In this document: in pieces, positions 47,776-61,270 of the stretch
Layout of the letters: each line of letters begins with the position of its first letter
Numbering within the stretch: position 1 is the first letter of the stretch
From: Eledone cirrhosa
Lineage: Eukaryota
Length of the DNA: 64,000 nt
Reading direction: 5' to 3'
NCBI GenBank assembly: GCA_964016885.1
Contig: OZ024741.1
Location: 345,712,001 to 345,776,000 of the forward strand
Position numbers and translations under genes: made by a program
Notes under the pieces: model-generated
Database searches by the model: none
Told to the model about the DNA's origin: nothing
What the model saw: only the letters and a program-made list of their open reading frames with translations

Positions 47776-49550
47776 CAACATAGGGGAAGGTATCAGTGTC
47801 GATTTGTACGGAATTTATAGAATCTCTCACCTACAGTAAAATGGCCAGTAAAATCAACTCCAACAAATTGAACTAAGAATGGACTTGAGGCAACGAAAAT
47901 TGTCGGACGAATAATGTTATGTTGTCTATCGTTTGTCCAATTCATCGCTATTTTAAAAATAACAATAATGATTTTTCAGATAAGCTCCACAGACACACAA
48001 ACTGAGGGAGCCTTAGTTCTATTGCAACTATTCCAGTAATTGAAAGATTCTGTTTACGTTGTGTTATTGTTCCACAACTGACAGTACAACTCAGTGTCGC
48101 TATCCAAGTGATGCGAATCCGGACGGAGCGGAAGAGCGTTCTCTTGTGTGTGGGAGCTCATGTTTAGGCCATCTCTTGGTCCCAGCGGACTAAATGCAGA
48201 AAGCGTTGCCCCAGAGGATGCCGAGGGAAATGTATTGGGATAGCTATTCAAACTCATGGCCACTGGAGAAGATCTATTCACTCTGAACAATGAAAGGCAA
48301 CATGAACCTCGATGGAATTTTAATTCAAAGAACGTACAGTAATTAATTTCTTTCCTTTATTTTACATATTCTGTCAGTAATAAAGAATAACTTAAAAGGA
48401 TAAATATTGTCAAAATAAGGTAAACAAGCATAATAACTACACGTTCCCACTCAAGGCGGCGGTAAAAGGCAAACTGATTTGTACGTGATAGTAAAAACAG
48501 ATCAAGGATGATTTGTGAAGTAGAGTTCCTACTAAATGGAAATCAAACAAGATGAATTAAATATGAAAGTGAAAAAATCTATAATGTTTATCTGCCTGTT
48601 ACGACATGAGTTCAAATGTTACGCTTTAAAAATCCATAACTATGGGACGAAATCAAAGAGATAATCAGAATCTTTAACAATAATGAAACTATTATATAGG
48701 GTTACAATTATATGCAGAAAAATATCAAAATATGTAAAACGTAGAAGATATGCGAATTCCGCTACTAGAGTATAGCTATATTAAATTGATAAGAGACAAA
48801 TTAGAAAAAGTTTAAAGAGAAAAACATTGAAGAGAATTGAATATAAAAATAAAACTACCAAATAAAATGTAAAAAATGTATGTATGTGAGTGTGTGGGGG
48901 TGGGGTAAATATAGGTCGATTTGTTCCTCGTTTCTATATATTTCAAATCGATGCATTGATACAAACTATTTCTAATCAATATGTCAATTCCATCTATTTC
49001 TAATCAATATATTACATCTAAATTTCACTGAAAAATTGTTTTTTTTTTTTATTTCGTTTTACATATGAGTGGAGAAATGATATATTATATTCTGACGTCG
49101 AAAGAGAGACAGGCATTTTAAAGGATTATATCGACCCCTCGGGGAGAGGAAAGGTAAAGCCGATCTCGTCATTATTAGTACCAGGCACATAAAATGACAT
49201 CAGAAAATCCCGCAGTACATTTTGTTCAACAACTCTTCTGATTCCTATTAAATCGACCCAATACTCGATTGGCGCTCATTCTATCATTAATCAATAAATA
49301 CATACACATATACAAATGGGTGGGGAAGAGTCTCAGATCGTTTCTATCGAACTGATGAAGATGCTGGGAAAGCATAGTCGATTATATCGACCTTAAAACA
49401 ACTATTATCAATCTTAAAACACGGAAAGCAATTCTAGCCGGATTCGAACATTCAACATGTGAACAGATATAACTACATATGGTCCTTACCATATCTCCAT
49501 CACTTTTTTTGGTGGAGGTTGGTGATTGTTCGTCAATGCCAATATAATAA

Positions 49551-49733
49551 TTGTTTCTACATTAGACACAAGGCTAGCAATTACCCAGTACATTACTGGT
49601 ACTTTATTTTATCGACCCCGTAAAGATGAAAAGCAAAGTTAATTTCGACGGGATTAGAACTCAGTCAGTAAAGGGACGTAACTCTATACTGGAAAGCATG
49701 GCGTCCGACCCTCTACCGATATTGCCAACCCAC
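49551..49733 (-). mobile_element. SINE family A with 16 bp target-site duplication
   Basis: ATGCCAATATAATAAT at 49536-49551 and 49734-49749. Confidence 0.88.
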
Positions 49734-50567
49734 ATGCCAATATAATAATGATTTCTTTCATAGCTACGGAGTCGGCAAATTAGCAGGTTTAAATAGAATG
49801 TCGATAAACAAATTACCATGTAATTACTGAGGCCGACTTTACTACAGCCGAATCAATTACATTGGATAGTGAGAATGGTCAAAAGAAATGTGGAAGATCA
49901 AACACAGTGCCACCTTCTCCAGAAATGATGATCGTTTCATAGAAAAATCAGATATGTTACCTAGACCGGCAAGTACTTCATAATAGATACGAAGAAGAAG
50001 AAAGGAACAGTCGACTAAATTAACCACTCTTTCTTTATTTTATTGAGCTTCTAAAGCTGAAAGAGAACAGAAAGCTTCGGTGGGTTTTTTGTTTCGGAAT
50101 GTATAAATATTGTACCACATTTTGTGTGTTCAATTTACGAATGTCCTGAGCATATAAGCGTTTAAAATGTGATCGAACTGTTGCCGAGAGAATTTATGTG
50201 GCAGAGATACCAGGCTAGTCATGTATATTTACGATAATTATGAACGGCAAAACTGAAATCTGTGTGATTTTGAACGAATATATACAGGTATAACGAGAAG
50301 ATTTTTAAAAATGAACATTCAAAACGACGCAGAGCAATTTTTCTATAGACAAAATAAAAGTTAACAATTTCATTTCTCAAAAACGTTTGAACCCCTAACA
50401 CATCGTCAGATAAGAGAAACAATCAGATGAATACATTCACAGGAAAATATCAACGAATAATCAAACAAACCCATCAACTCAAGTACAAAATACATATTAA
50501 AATATGGACTTCTTTTTATGCCACATCATGTCTGATAGTCGACAAATGTGCGATGAACAGTTATGAC

Positions 50568-50600
<33 letters not shown>

Positions 50601-50671
50601 TGTATGTATGTATGTATGTATGTATGTATGTATGTATGTATGTATGTATGTATGTATGTATGTATGTGTGT

Positions 50672-51015
50672 GTGCTCTATGATGTGCCTTTCAAACGCTG
50701 GCTTGAAGTCACAGCAACAAGCACATGATGGTAAAATTAAAGTTGACTATTCAAACTTCATTGCAGAGAATCAGTTCCAGTGCCATGTTTGTCAGAAAAT
50801 TTGTAAATCCGGTGGTGGATTGAAGTGATATCTGAACATACACAATAAGCAAACCCAAAGTAAATATAAGAACGAAATGAGACATCATTGTTTTATTTGT
50901 GGACCGGTCTTTCACATGCTTTCAGTATTCAAAAGCCATTTGAGATATCATGCCAGTAAGGAACAGACATAAAGTACAAGAAGTGGTCTAACTTTGTGTG
51001 GAGTAGACGGCCTTT
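50672..51015 (+). pseudogene. Decayed C2H2 zinc-finger fragment, probably a LINE 3' end followed by a (TATG)n tail
   Basis: CLSNAGLKSQQQAH, FQCHVCQKICKSGGGLK*YLNIH, CFICG...KSHLRYH; contains a stop and lies between microsatellites. Confidence 0.5.
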
Positions 51016-51685
51016 TATGTTTGTTTGTTTGTATGTATGTATGTATGTATGTATGTATGTATGTATGTATGTATGTATGTATGTATGTATGTATGTATGT
51101 ATGTATGTATGTATGTATGTATGCATGCATGCATGCATGCATGTATGTATGTATGTATGTATGTATGTATGTATGTATGTATGTATGTATGTGTGTATGT
51201 ATGTATGCATGCATGCATGCATGCATGCATGCATGCATGCATGTATGTATGTATGTATGTATGTATGTATGTATGTATGCATGCATGCATGCATGCATGC
51301 ATGCATGTATGTATGTATGTATGTATGTATGTATGTATGTATGTATGCATGCATGCATGTATGTATGTATGTATGTATGTATGCATGTATGTGTGTATGA
51401 ATAATCGGACTGGACACCCGATTGCGCGGTTAAGCCACTGGGAATGAAGGACCCCTAGTCTTTGTCAGGGCATTCTTCTAGGAGAAGGCAACTCAGGGAA
51501 CTGGGATAACTCCGACATAAAACCTGCGGCTCAGTAGTTACCGATGATGTTGATCTTTTCTTCTCGAGTTAAATGCTACTGTCACTCAGAGAGCGGGATT
51601 GGCTCAGTGCACAGTCTTTCCTCACTTTAAAAAATTCTTCACGCACCGGCATTGTACAATAACATTAATTGATAATTATTAATAA

Positions 51686-51862
51686 TTGTTTCTACTTTTG
51701 GCACAAGGCCAGCAATTATCCCAGTACATTACTGGTACATTATTTTATCGACCCCGTAAGGATGAAAGGCAAAGTTAACCTCGGCGGGATTTGAACTCAG
51801 ATCGTAAAGGGACGTAACTATGCTGGAAAGCATATCTGACCCTCTACCGATACTGCCAATTC
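51686..51862 (-). mobile_element. SINE family A with ATTAATAAT duplication
   Basis: Family A core; flanking duplication at about 51678 and 51863. Confidence 0.85.
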
Positions 51863-53525
51863 ATTAATAATGTTATATCGTGCAATGACCATACTCGATA
51901 ACAAGGGGGCAGCTATCATGTATGTATGTATGTATGTATGTATGTATGTATGTATGTATGTATGTATGTATGTATGTATGTATGTATGTATGTCAGGTCA
52001 CCAGTTGGTGCTACTGGTAAAATGTATCTCAGTACAACCTGTCTCATGGTCGGGTTGTTGGCGACTAAACTGGCAACCCCACCAAGGTTTCTTGGTGAGG
52101 AGGGTGACTTTGGACATCCTGCAGGACTAAAAACAAAACCTGTCAAAGGGCAAAGGAGCTCTTAAGAGTCAATGGCCATTCAAAATCACGGCAGAATTCT
52201 AGGAGAAGGAAAACTCTTATCTAACACCTGCAAACCTGATGGTATCCAATGATGTTGACTTGTTCTTCTTTTTGGTAAATATCATCTTGATTAAGAGAGT
52301 GGGATTGGCTTTGTGTAGTGCCTTTGCTCACTATAAAAGCTCCACGGCACAGGCATTGCTTTATATCTGGAGATCTCTCTGTACTTGTCGTCACATGGTA
52401 CCATGGGCCCAACACTATGTGTCAATAATTGTCACAAGTGTAGTGTTTGTACCAGAGTTTTCAAGTCGCTGGCTGGACTAAAAAGTCACTCTTGTTCAGC
52501 GCATCGGTAGGGGTTCTCCTACATGGATATAAAGTAGTGGCCGTACTCGAAAACGAGTTGGCAGCCACCATGTATGTATGTATGTATGTATGTATGTATG
52601 TATGTATGTATGTATGTATGTATGTATGTATGCATGCATGCATGTATGTATGTATTTATTTATATTATTATCGTTCATCAACATAATATTTCATATGCTG
52701 AGCCTCATTAGCAAACAATTATAGTAATTGCTTTCCCAGGCCCCATTTCATGGAGGCGAGGTTGGCTCGGCCCCTGAAATATATACATAAAACTATTATT
52801 GTAAGAGAGAATTCATAAGATTTTCGGGTCGTGGATCAACTTTTGTATTATTTTCCTGGTAATAAAGTCGATTCCTTTCACAGAATATTTTGGTAAAAAT
52901 ACTTTTTTTTCCGTTTTTGTCTAGAATATAAAACGAATACGTTTAGTTTTGTTTTATCTTTCACTGGTTTAAAAGCATGGCCATGCTGGGGCACTGCCTT
53001 GATTCAAAACGATCATATTAGCTATAGAAGTTATTATTTTCAAGTTTCGTACTTACTTTATCAATCGCCGTTTTGTTGAGCCGTTAACATACATACAATC
53101 AATGGTTGACTGAACACACATGTGCTTTTTAAAAACATTCCGTTCCTTCCTTTTCTCACCATTTCTATTTCATCTTATATTTCTCATTCTATATCTGATG
53201 AAGGACCAGTGTCCGATACATTAAAACTCTTTTCCTACGATATCAAGCGTTAAAGCTATAGATTTTTCTTCATCGTACTGTAATATTCATATTGTTGTTT
53301 CCTTCTACTTTCACATACACCCACACACATATATATCATCCTATATAATGCATTTTGGTTACAGCTTTGAAAGCCATATATTGCCTGATTAGTCTTACAC
53401 ATGGCTAATGTATGTATAACTCCTAATAACAATCCAGTGAATCGTCAAATAAATATAAATCATACACATGCACTAGTGATTTTTCTTTCGTTTGCAAACA
53501 TGAATGTTCACACTCACACACACGC

Positions 53526-53572
<47 letters not shown>

Positions 53573-53586
53573 CATATACATATGTA

Positions 53587-53660
<74 letters not shown>

Positions 53661-54049
53661 CTGTATAGATTTATTACAGTTGTTTTCGAATAAGGCTATT
53701 ACGGTTGATTTATTGCAATGATATGGTCATGAGATTAAATACATGTAAATCAAATCCATAATAAGAATCATAACAACAGCTCAGAGGCTGAAATATTTGC
53801 CATTGCATATCGCAGTAATTAAACACATATAACCATACGAGGGGGGAAATGATATCGTATCGTGAAATATAAACATACTCCCAATAATCCAGAAGAAGGC
53901 CTCTATATTTTGGATCGATCTGCTAAACGTAGCAGTGAAATGTCTCTAAGACCTCTACATGGACACTTTAAAAAGAAGATAGTACATATTAGATAATATA
54001 GCCATAGTTTGATTTCCTGAAAAGACGCAACAGTCAAAACTAGAGCACT

Positions 54050-54288
<239 letters not shown>

Positions 54289-54289
54289 A

Positions 54290-54955
54290 TAGTCACGCGA
54301 TATAACGGTCGAGAAACAGAGCTAAGCCTCTTATAACCACGAAGAAAATACCACAGAGGCGGAGGGGGTATTCATATCGAGGCCGCAGAAGGGGACAACT
54401 GGAAAGCTTCCATTACTCATACTTCTAGCCTTCTTCACCACCTCTTCTGCGGCCTCGATATGAATACCCCCTCCGCCTCTGTGGTTTTTTCTTCGTGGTT
54501 ATAAGAGGCTTAGCTCTGTTTCTCGACCGTTATATCGCGTGACTATCTCCCCCTCCGCCTTTTGGGATTCTTTCTCACGTCGTGTAGACGCGTTCTTGAG
54601 ACTAGTAAAATGAGGTATCCTCTTGATAAGTCGGCAGACCTCGCAAGGACTCTATATCTTTATGATATATTGTTTTTGTTTATGCCACGAAACTACGTAT
54701 TCGAGGAATTTAGGAGCAGTTTAGGTATGATACATTTTATTACTAATTATATCTAAATGTTTCTTCTCTCTTCATAATGTATTTTTAACTCTGATACTGG
54801 TTCAGTCTAGTTCAACTGAATTGGTCTGTCCCGGTTATTCATTGAGCAACATCGGTGAAGTTGGCACCCTTAACTCACAGTTGGGTGCGGATGCATTCAT
54901 GTATATATGTGTGTGTCCGCATGTATCTGTGTGTTTCTAAATATATTGTTATATA
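54290..54955. mobile_element. Fold-back element (arms 54290-54400 and about 54444-54546) with a downstream U3-A8 hammerhead-like motif at 54618-54707
   Basis: Near-perfect 110 bp inverted repeat; tcctc-TTGATAA-gtcggca...tgccac-GAAA-ctacgtat-TC-gagga. Confidence 0.65.
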
Positions 54956-54970
54956 TATATATATATATAT

Positions 54971-57900
54971 ATTTATTTAGGTTTGTTGGTTTACCACTGG
55001 ATAGAATTGGTCATTCCGTGTGGTCAATCTCGATGTAATATTATGGAAAGAACTCAACGTAATGCAGCTCACCCGTCATCGTTCGTATAGTTGATGGTGC
55101 GAGTACGGAGTTAATTATTATAATAAAATAACAGGAGGCTGGACTTGTGTAAATCCTTGAAAGGTTTATTATACTATGATGATTTAAATGACCGGGTTCC
55201 GTATGAATCCGGTGATATCATCAGGTATTCGAAATATAACAAAGGAATATAACAGATAAAATCCATGGGGCTGAAAATCATAGACAAGAGAACGACCGAC
55301 CATCTAGCATCTTCTACTTTAGTCGGTCGCCCTCAATTGTTGGCTATTCGGTCTACTTATGACCATCTGGTGAGGGGGCGAAAGCTTATAATGTACTACT
55401 ACCTCTCCGTCAAAGAGAAAAAAAGAAGAAAGAAAGAAGAAAAGTCAGCGTTAAAGTCATGCTACAGTCAGGCTAGAAATTGCCGCGAAAAAGGTTTTTC
55501 CAAAGAACCTATATCTTAACAGAGGCATATAGTGGGTCTCTGTATGGTATAATGTGTGAACAGAAAATTGGAATGTTAAACTTATGTTTAGAGTTATAGG
55601 ATGAAATAATAATAAAAAAAAAAAAAAAAAAAGTTTAAGGTTTGGGTTGTGAGATTTAGTTAAAGAATTTACAGAGAGACTCTTTTATGAAAAAGTTTAA
55701 GTGTATTATAGAGATTCTCGATAAGTTTTCAGGGGGGGGGGGGATATAGAGTATAGATTAAGCCCTTGTTTAGCAGTCAATAACACGCGATGATTGCAGA
55801 CTCCGGCCAGCTCTTCCTAACCACGTGTCAGCCGTTCCGAGTGATATCGTCTAGCGAAAGAGATGGAAATTAATTTTTCCGAGTACTCCAGGAATGTAAC
55901 TGCCTTAGGCGTCGGGTGTGCTATCGGGAAGTCTGCCATCGCCGTTAGGCCATCGCTATACCAAACGAATGCTATTAATTCACACAGGAGGGGGATTTGT
56001 TTACGTGCGAAAAGAGGGAGGCATGATACAGCTAATAGTTATGATCAGGCCTAGAATTTAAAGGTACTATATGGCGGTCAAAACCGGCGGCGCGGCGGGC
56101 CCCGGGGCGAAGCAAACCGTTCCGAGTAATTTCATTTACCGAAAGAAGGGGAAATTTATTTTTCCAAGCACTCAAGGAAGGCTTATGCACCAGAGCGCCA
56201 GGCGAGCAGCCGGGAAAGCCACCACATGAGTCAGATCATCGCGTGTGACCAAACGATTATTATATATTTACACCCGTAATGTGAGGTTGAAAGTGGTAAA
56301 ATCCGATGAAATGCGCAAATAGACTATATTTAACACCCAGTTAGTCCGGGTTATAAGAAGTGTGGTTCTTTGGTGGGTAGGGGGTGGTATAAGGGAAGAG
56401 AGAGTAATATTCTAGTGTCGTGTGCTAATCAGTACAATGATAAGTACATAATGAGAGTAAAGCGAGTGAAAACCTAAATTAAAGGAACAATAAGCAAAAA
56501 AACATAAATAAATAAAAGCAGAATACAAAGATAAAAATACATTAATAAAGTAAAAATACATAAATAAAAATACATTAATAAAAATACATTAATAAAGTAA
56601 AAATACATAAATAAAACGCCGTCATAGCTAGGGTGGTGATGGAGTAAAACGGAAGTATATTAGAACATATCGGAGAAATCAAAACACAGGGGAAATACAA
56701 TATAGATCAAGTTGCAGTTAGATAATACATATAGATATAGAGGATGCAAGAGATGGAATGGTATCAGGTGATACCTAGTGTATGTTCGAGTCTCAGGTTT
56801 CAATGTAAATCACAAAGGCTCTGAAGTATAGGGTAGAGAATTCAGTCAATACAATACAGGTTATAGTATAATCCGTAGAATTTTGTCGAAGTCTGAATAT
56901 TCCCGACAGGGAAGCAGCATTGGACCAGGTGGGCGGTAGAGAAAGCACAGAGCAGCCAAAATCCGAATGGTGAGTACATCAGTCAGTCCCATGCGGGCGA
57001 TAGTATGGTATAATGTGTGAACAGAAAATTGGAATGTTAAACTTATGTTTAGAGTTATAGGATGAAATAAAAAAAAAAAAAAAAAAAAAGTTTAAGGTTT
57101 GGGTTGTGAGATTTAGTTAAAGAATTTACAGGAGTCAGTGCCGCTGTTCATTATTACATCTGAAAGTGCTCAACATTTCTGGAGCATTATTTATTTAGGT
57201 TTGTTGGTTCACCACTGGATAGAATTGGTCATTCCGTATGGTCAATCTCGATGTAATATTATGGAAAGTACTCAACGTAATGCAGCTCACCCGTCTTCGT
57301 TTTTGTAGTTGGTGGTGCGAGTACGGAGTTAATTATTATAATGAAATAACAGGAGGCTGGACTTGTATAAATCCTTGAAAGGTTTATTATGCTATGATCA
57401 TTTCAATGACCGGGTTCCGTATGAATCTGTATGAATTATAACCCGGACTAACTGGGGTCTTAAATATAGTCTATTTGCGCATTTCATCGGGTTTTACCAC
57501 TTTAAACCTCACATTACGGGTGTAAATATATAATAATCGTTTGGTCACACGCGATGATCCGACTCATGTGGTGGCTTTCCCGGCTGCTCGCCTGGCGCTC
57601 TGGTGCATAAGCCTTCCTTGAGTGCTTGGAAAAATAAATTTCCTCTTCTTTCGGTAAATGAAATTACTCGGAGCGGGGGCTACGCCCCGGGGCCCGCTGC
57701 GCCGCCGGTTTTGACCGCCATATAGTACCTTTAAATTCTAGGCCTAATCATAACTATTAGCTGTATCATGCCTCCCTCTTTTCGCACGTAAACAAATCCC
57801 CCTCCTGTGTGAATTAATAGCATTCGTTTGGTATAGCGATGGCCTAACGGCGATGGCAGACTTCCCGATAGCACACACGACGCCTAAGGCAGCTACATTC

Positions 57901-58676
57901 CTGGAGTACTCGGAAAAATTAATTTCCATCTCTTTCGCTAGACGATATCACTCGGAACGGCTGACACGTGGTTAGGATGGGCTGGCCGGAGTCTGCAGTC
58001 GTCGCGTGTTATTGACTGCTAAACAAGGGCTTAATCTTTACTCTATATGCCCCCCCCCCTGAAAACTTATCGAGAATCTCTATAATACACTTAAACCTTT
58101 TCATAAAAGAGTCTCTCTGTAAATTCTTTAACTAAATCTCACAACCCAAACCTTAAACTTTTTTTTATTTTTTATTTTTTTAAAATTTCATCCTATAACT
58201 CTAAACATAAGTTTAACATTCCAATTTTCTGTTCACACATTATACCATACAGACACCCACTATATGCCTCTGTTAAGATATAGGTTCTTTGGAAAAACCT
58301 TTTTCGCGGCAATTTCTAGCCTGACTGTAGCATGACCTTAACGCTGACTTTTCTTGTTCTTTCTTTCTTCTTTTTTTCTCTTTGACGGAGAGGTGGGAGT
58401 ACATTATAAGCTTTCGCCCCCTCACCAGATGGTCATAAGTAGACCGAATAGCCAACACTTGAGGGCGACCGACTAAAGTAGAAGATGCTAGATGGTCGGT
58501 CGTCCTCTTGTCTATGATTTTCAGCCCCATGGATTTTATCTGTTATATTCCTTTGTTATATTTCGAATACCTGATGATATCACCGGATTCATACGGAACC
58601 CGGTCATTGAAATGATCATAGTATAATAAACCTTTCAAGAATTTACACAAGTGCAGCCTCCTGTTATTTTATTATA
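54971..58676. mobile_element. Large non-coding PLE-like fold-back complex
   Basis: 55119-56356 is inverted at 57436-58676; 54971-55209 is directly repeated at 57190-57427; 55542-55673 is repeated at 57003-57131; flanked by (TA)n. Confidence 0.9.
58567..58624 (+). ncRNA. Type I hammerhead, canonical core (mutated mirror copy on minus strand at 55171-55228)
   Basis: atac-CTGATGA-tatca.ccgg...ccgg.tcatt-GAAA-tgatca-TA-gtat. Confidence 0.75.
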
Positions 58677-58872
58677 TATATATATATATATGAATGTATA
58701 TATAGTGTATTTTGCAATACACTGTATGCTTAATTAAAATCATTTCGCAGACCTTATGCTATTGTTTTAGAGTAGTGACAGACTCACTTACTTTAATTTT
58801 CAGCAAACAGGGTAGCAAAATACACTATATATACATTCATATATATATAGCTATTTCAGAGCACCAATTCTA

Positions 58873-58910
<38 letters not shown>

Positions 58911-58914
58911 TTAT

Positions 58915-59256
58915 ATTTCAGCGTGGCATACCTTTGGTGGTAGGGTCCGTACCGTAGATAGAACTCAATGTCATTCGTTGGCGAGTAATCCATGGAAATC
59001 CATAGTTCTGTGTTCCGCTGAGTTAATTCCATAGATACAGAATAAGATATTATCTATTGAATTAACAATGAAAATAAAAATACCGAAGAAGACGGTCCAA
59101 TCGAACCTATATATGAAGTCTGATAGTATACAGTTATATAACTGCTATAGATCAGAGAATATGTCAATATGATCGACTCTCCGAAACGATCGTAAAACAA
59201 TGATATGAATAGGTAAAGTAACTTGACTTTGTTGTTTTTATTTTCATTGTTAATTT
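58915..59256. mobile_element. Small asymmetric inverted-repeat element related to 27523-28073
   Basis: Minus-strand tail ACATTGAGTTCT..TACGG..GGAC.CTACC matches 28016-28050; AATTAACAATGAAAATAAAA at 59060 is inverted near 59236; GAAA-cgatcg-TA at 59183. Confidence 0.55.
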
Positions 59257-59269
59257 ACTACCTAATATA

Positions 59270-61270
59270 TATATTTGTGGTAAGGTTGCTTGGATGCGTT
59301 CATAGGCGGTATGCTGGTTGAACAGCTAGAAAGACGTTAATTAGGTTTGACAATAAATTATGGGAGAGGTGGGACAGACCCGATAGCTTCGATATTACGA
59401 TGGGGTTGAGTGACTCAGCGCAGGTAACGGACCTGTTGGGAATTTATCCACTCCAAAGGCTAGTGGAGGAGATCCATGGATCGGCGGAGGGATATATAGA
59501 GACGACGCCCCATTTACCTTACGCTCTCTAAACGCCAACCAGCTGGAGCGTATGAGGAAGCGCATATCGCATTTTTTTAAACAGTATGGCTTATCCGTGC
59601 TGATAGATCCTAGCAATAAGACGGTGAATGTCTTAGATGTAACTCTAGAACTGAACACGGGCATACACCGGCCTCACCACAAGCCCAACGAGAACCTGCA
59701 ATACGTAAAGAGGTACTTGCACCACCCCAAGTCTGTAATAGACGCCATAGTAAAGGGGTCTCCAACCGCGTATCCACCCAGTCGGCTAACGCAGATGTGT
59801 TCAACCAGCACGCCGATTATTACAATGAGGCATTGTGCAGTGCCGGTTACACAGAAGCCATAGTGTACACCCCAGACAGGGAAAGGCCCAGCGGCGAGAA
59901 ACGCACATACGCGGATTGCAATAGTACTTCGATAGGTAGGAAGAACACCCGGGAACACATATATAATAATAGGACTATCAATATTGGTTACCGCAGGGAC
60001 ACAAAACTGACACTAGGACAGACGAAGACACACGAGAAATGTAGACCACACAGTACACGTAGACATAATCTCAACAGAAACACAATACGCGCCGGGGGAA
60101 CTAGAGCTAGTGACAGGAAAGGCAGCACTGAACGTGGAACCAGATAGAGGGAATACCCGGATCAATAGCATAGGAATAGGCCTGACAGTAGCACCAAATA
60201 GCAATAACGGGATTGCCCATAGGGCGGACACAATAGAACAGAATATTTCAGTAAGCGAACGGTGTAATTCGGACACACATGATAGATATAAGAATAGTGG
60301 TAGCATAGGGGATGAACTAACGGTTAGGCACAACCCGGGAGAGAAACCTGACCCAGTACACACTACTACACACAGACGACGGAATAGTCAAGGTCTAAAA
60401 CTATCACGTAGTTCAACGCGCCGTATTCAAAGTATGTATGCACTAATGTACCAGGCCTCTTCTTCAGAGCATTGGACGAGTGCTTCCCGCCGTCGAACAG
60501 ATACTACAGGATATCCAATCTCCACACAGTGAAGTTCTCCTTCTACACCGCACCTAACATGACAGACTACATGGCCAAAACCAATGCGGTGAATTTGGGG
60601 AAATCCGACCGCCAACTATGGCAGACGACCGACGATCTTGAGGGGCCGGGTGGATCACATGGAGGCAGGGTCAACTGCCATGGCTCGGTCCCCACAGCGG
60701 CCGACCTGCCCGCGGAAGACGCAATACTCGGCTACCAGGTGGCAATAAACGACAGAAAGGAGCCTACCGCACCGGCAGAACAACACCCAGAGAATCGGGA
60801 GAACGCCGCAATAAGGCCAGGACTCCGAACATGCAACTACCGAGTGGGCACACAATGCCCTCTGCAGGGAAGATGCCTAACGAAGGGCGTCGTCTATAAA
60901 TGTGTAGGTAAAACGCACAACACCAAGCGCAAATACATCGGCGCAGCATCCACAACCTTCAAATCGAGGATGTACAACCACACAAACTCTTTTAAGGATC
61001 GGCACAAGAGACACTCCACTAGGCTGGCGGACCTGATATGGGACTTGAAGGACAGCGGCACCCCGTATGATCTCGACTGGTGTATTGTTCAAAGTACAAA
61101 TGCATATTCGGCTGGCGAGGTGAAATGCAGGTTGTGCCTGTCTAAGGCCATGTAGATAGTGGAATTAAAGGATGACACAGTCAACCTGAAATCGGAAATC
61201 TTCATGACATGTAGACACCAGAGAAGGTGCACACTCTCCGCATTGGTACCTCCGGATGGCTCCAACTAAA
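59270..61270 (+). pseudogene. PLE RT + GIY-YIG (same type as 17770-19263), frameshifted
   Basis: FDITMGLSDSAQVTDLLG, GGIYRDD, VNVLDVTLEL, KPNENLQYV..HHP, CPLQGRCL, GVVYKC..YIGAASTTFKSRMYNH, LADLIWDLK, CRLCLSK. Confidence 0.9.

Noticed and set aside
51405-52370. Two related GC-richer segments resembling RTE 5' UTRs, checked for an HDV-like ribozyme
   Set aside because: A GGTCACC/GGTGACT helix exists, but I could not build the P3/P1.1/P2 nested pseudoknot
55265-56054. ORFs conserved between 55265/58530 and 55863/57929
   Set aside because: Conservation reflects only the recent inverted duplication; the diverged homologue at 4.0-4.7 kb does not keep the frames
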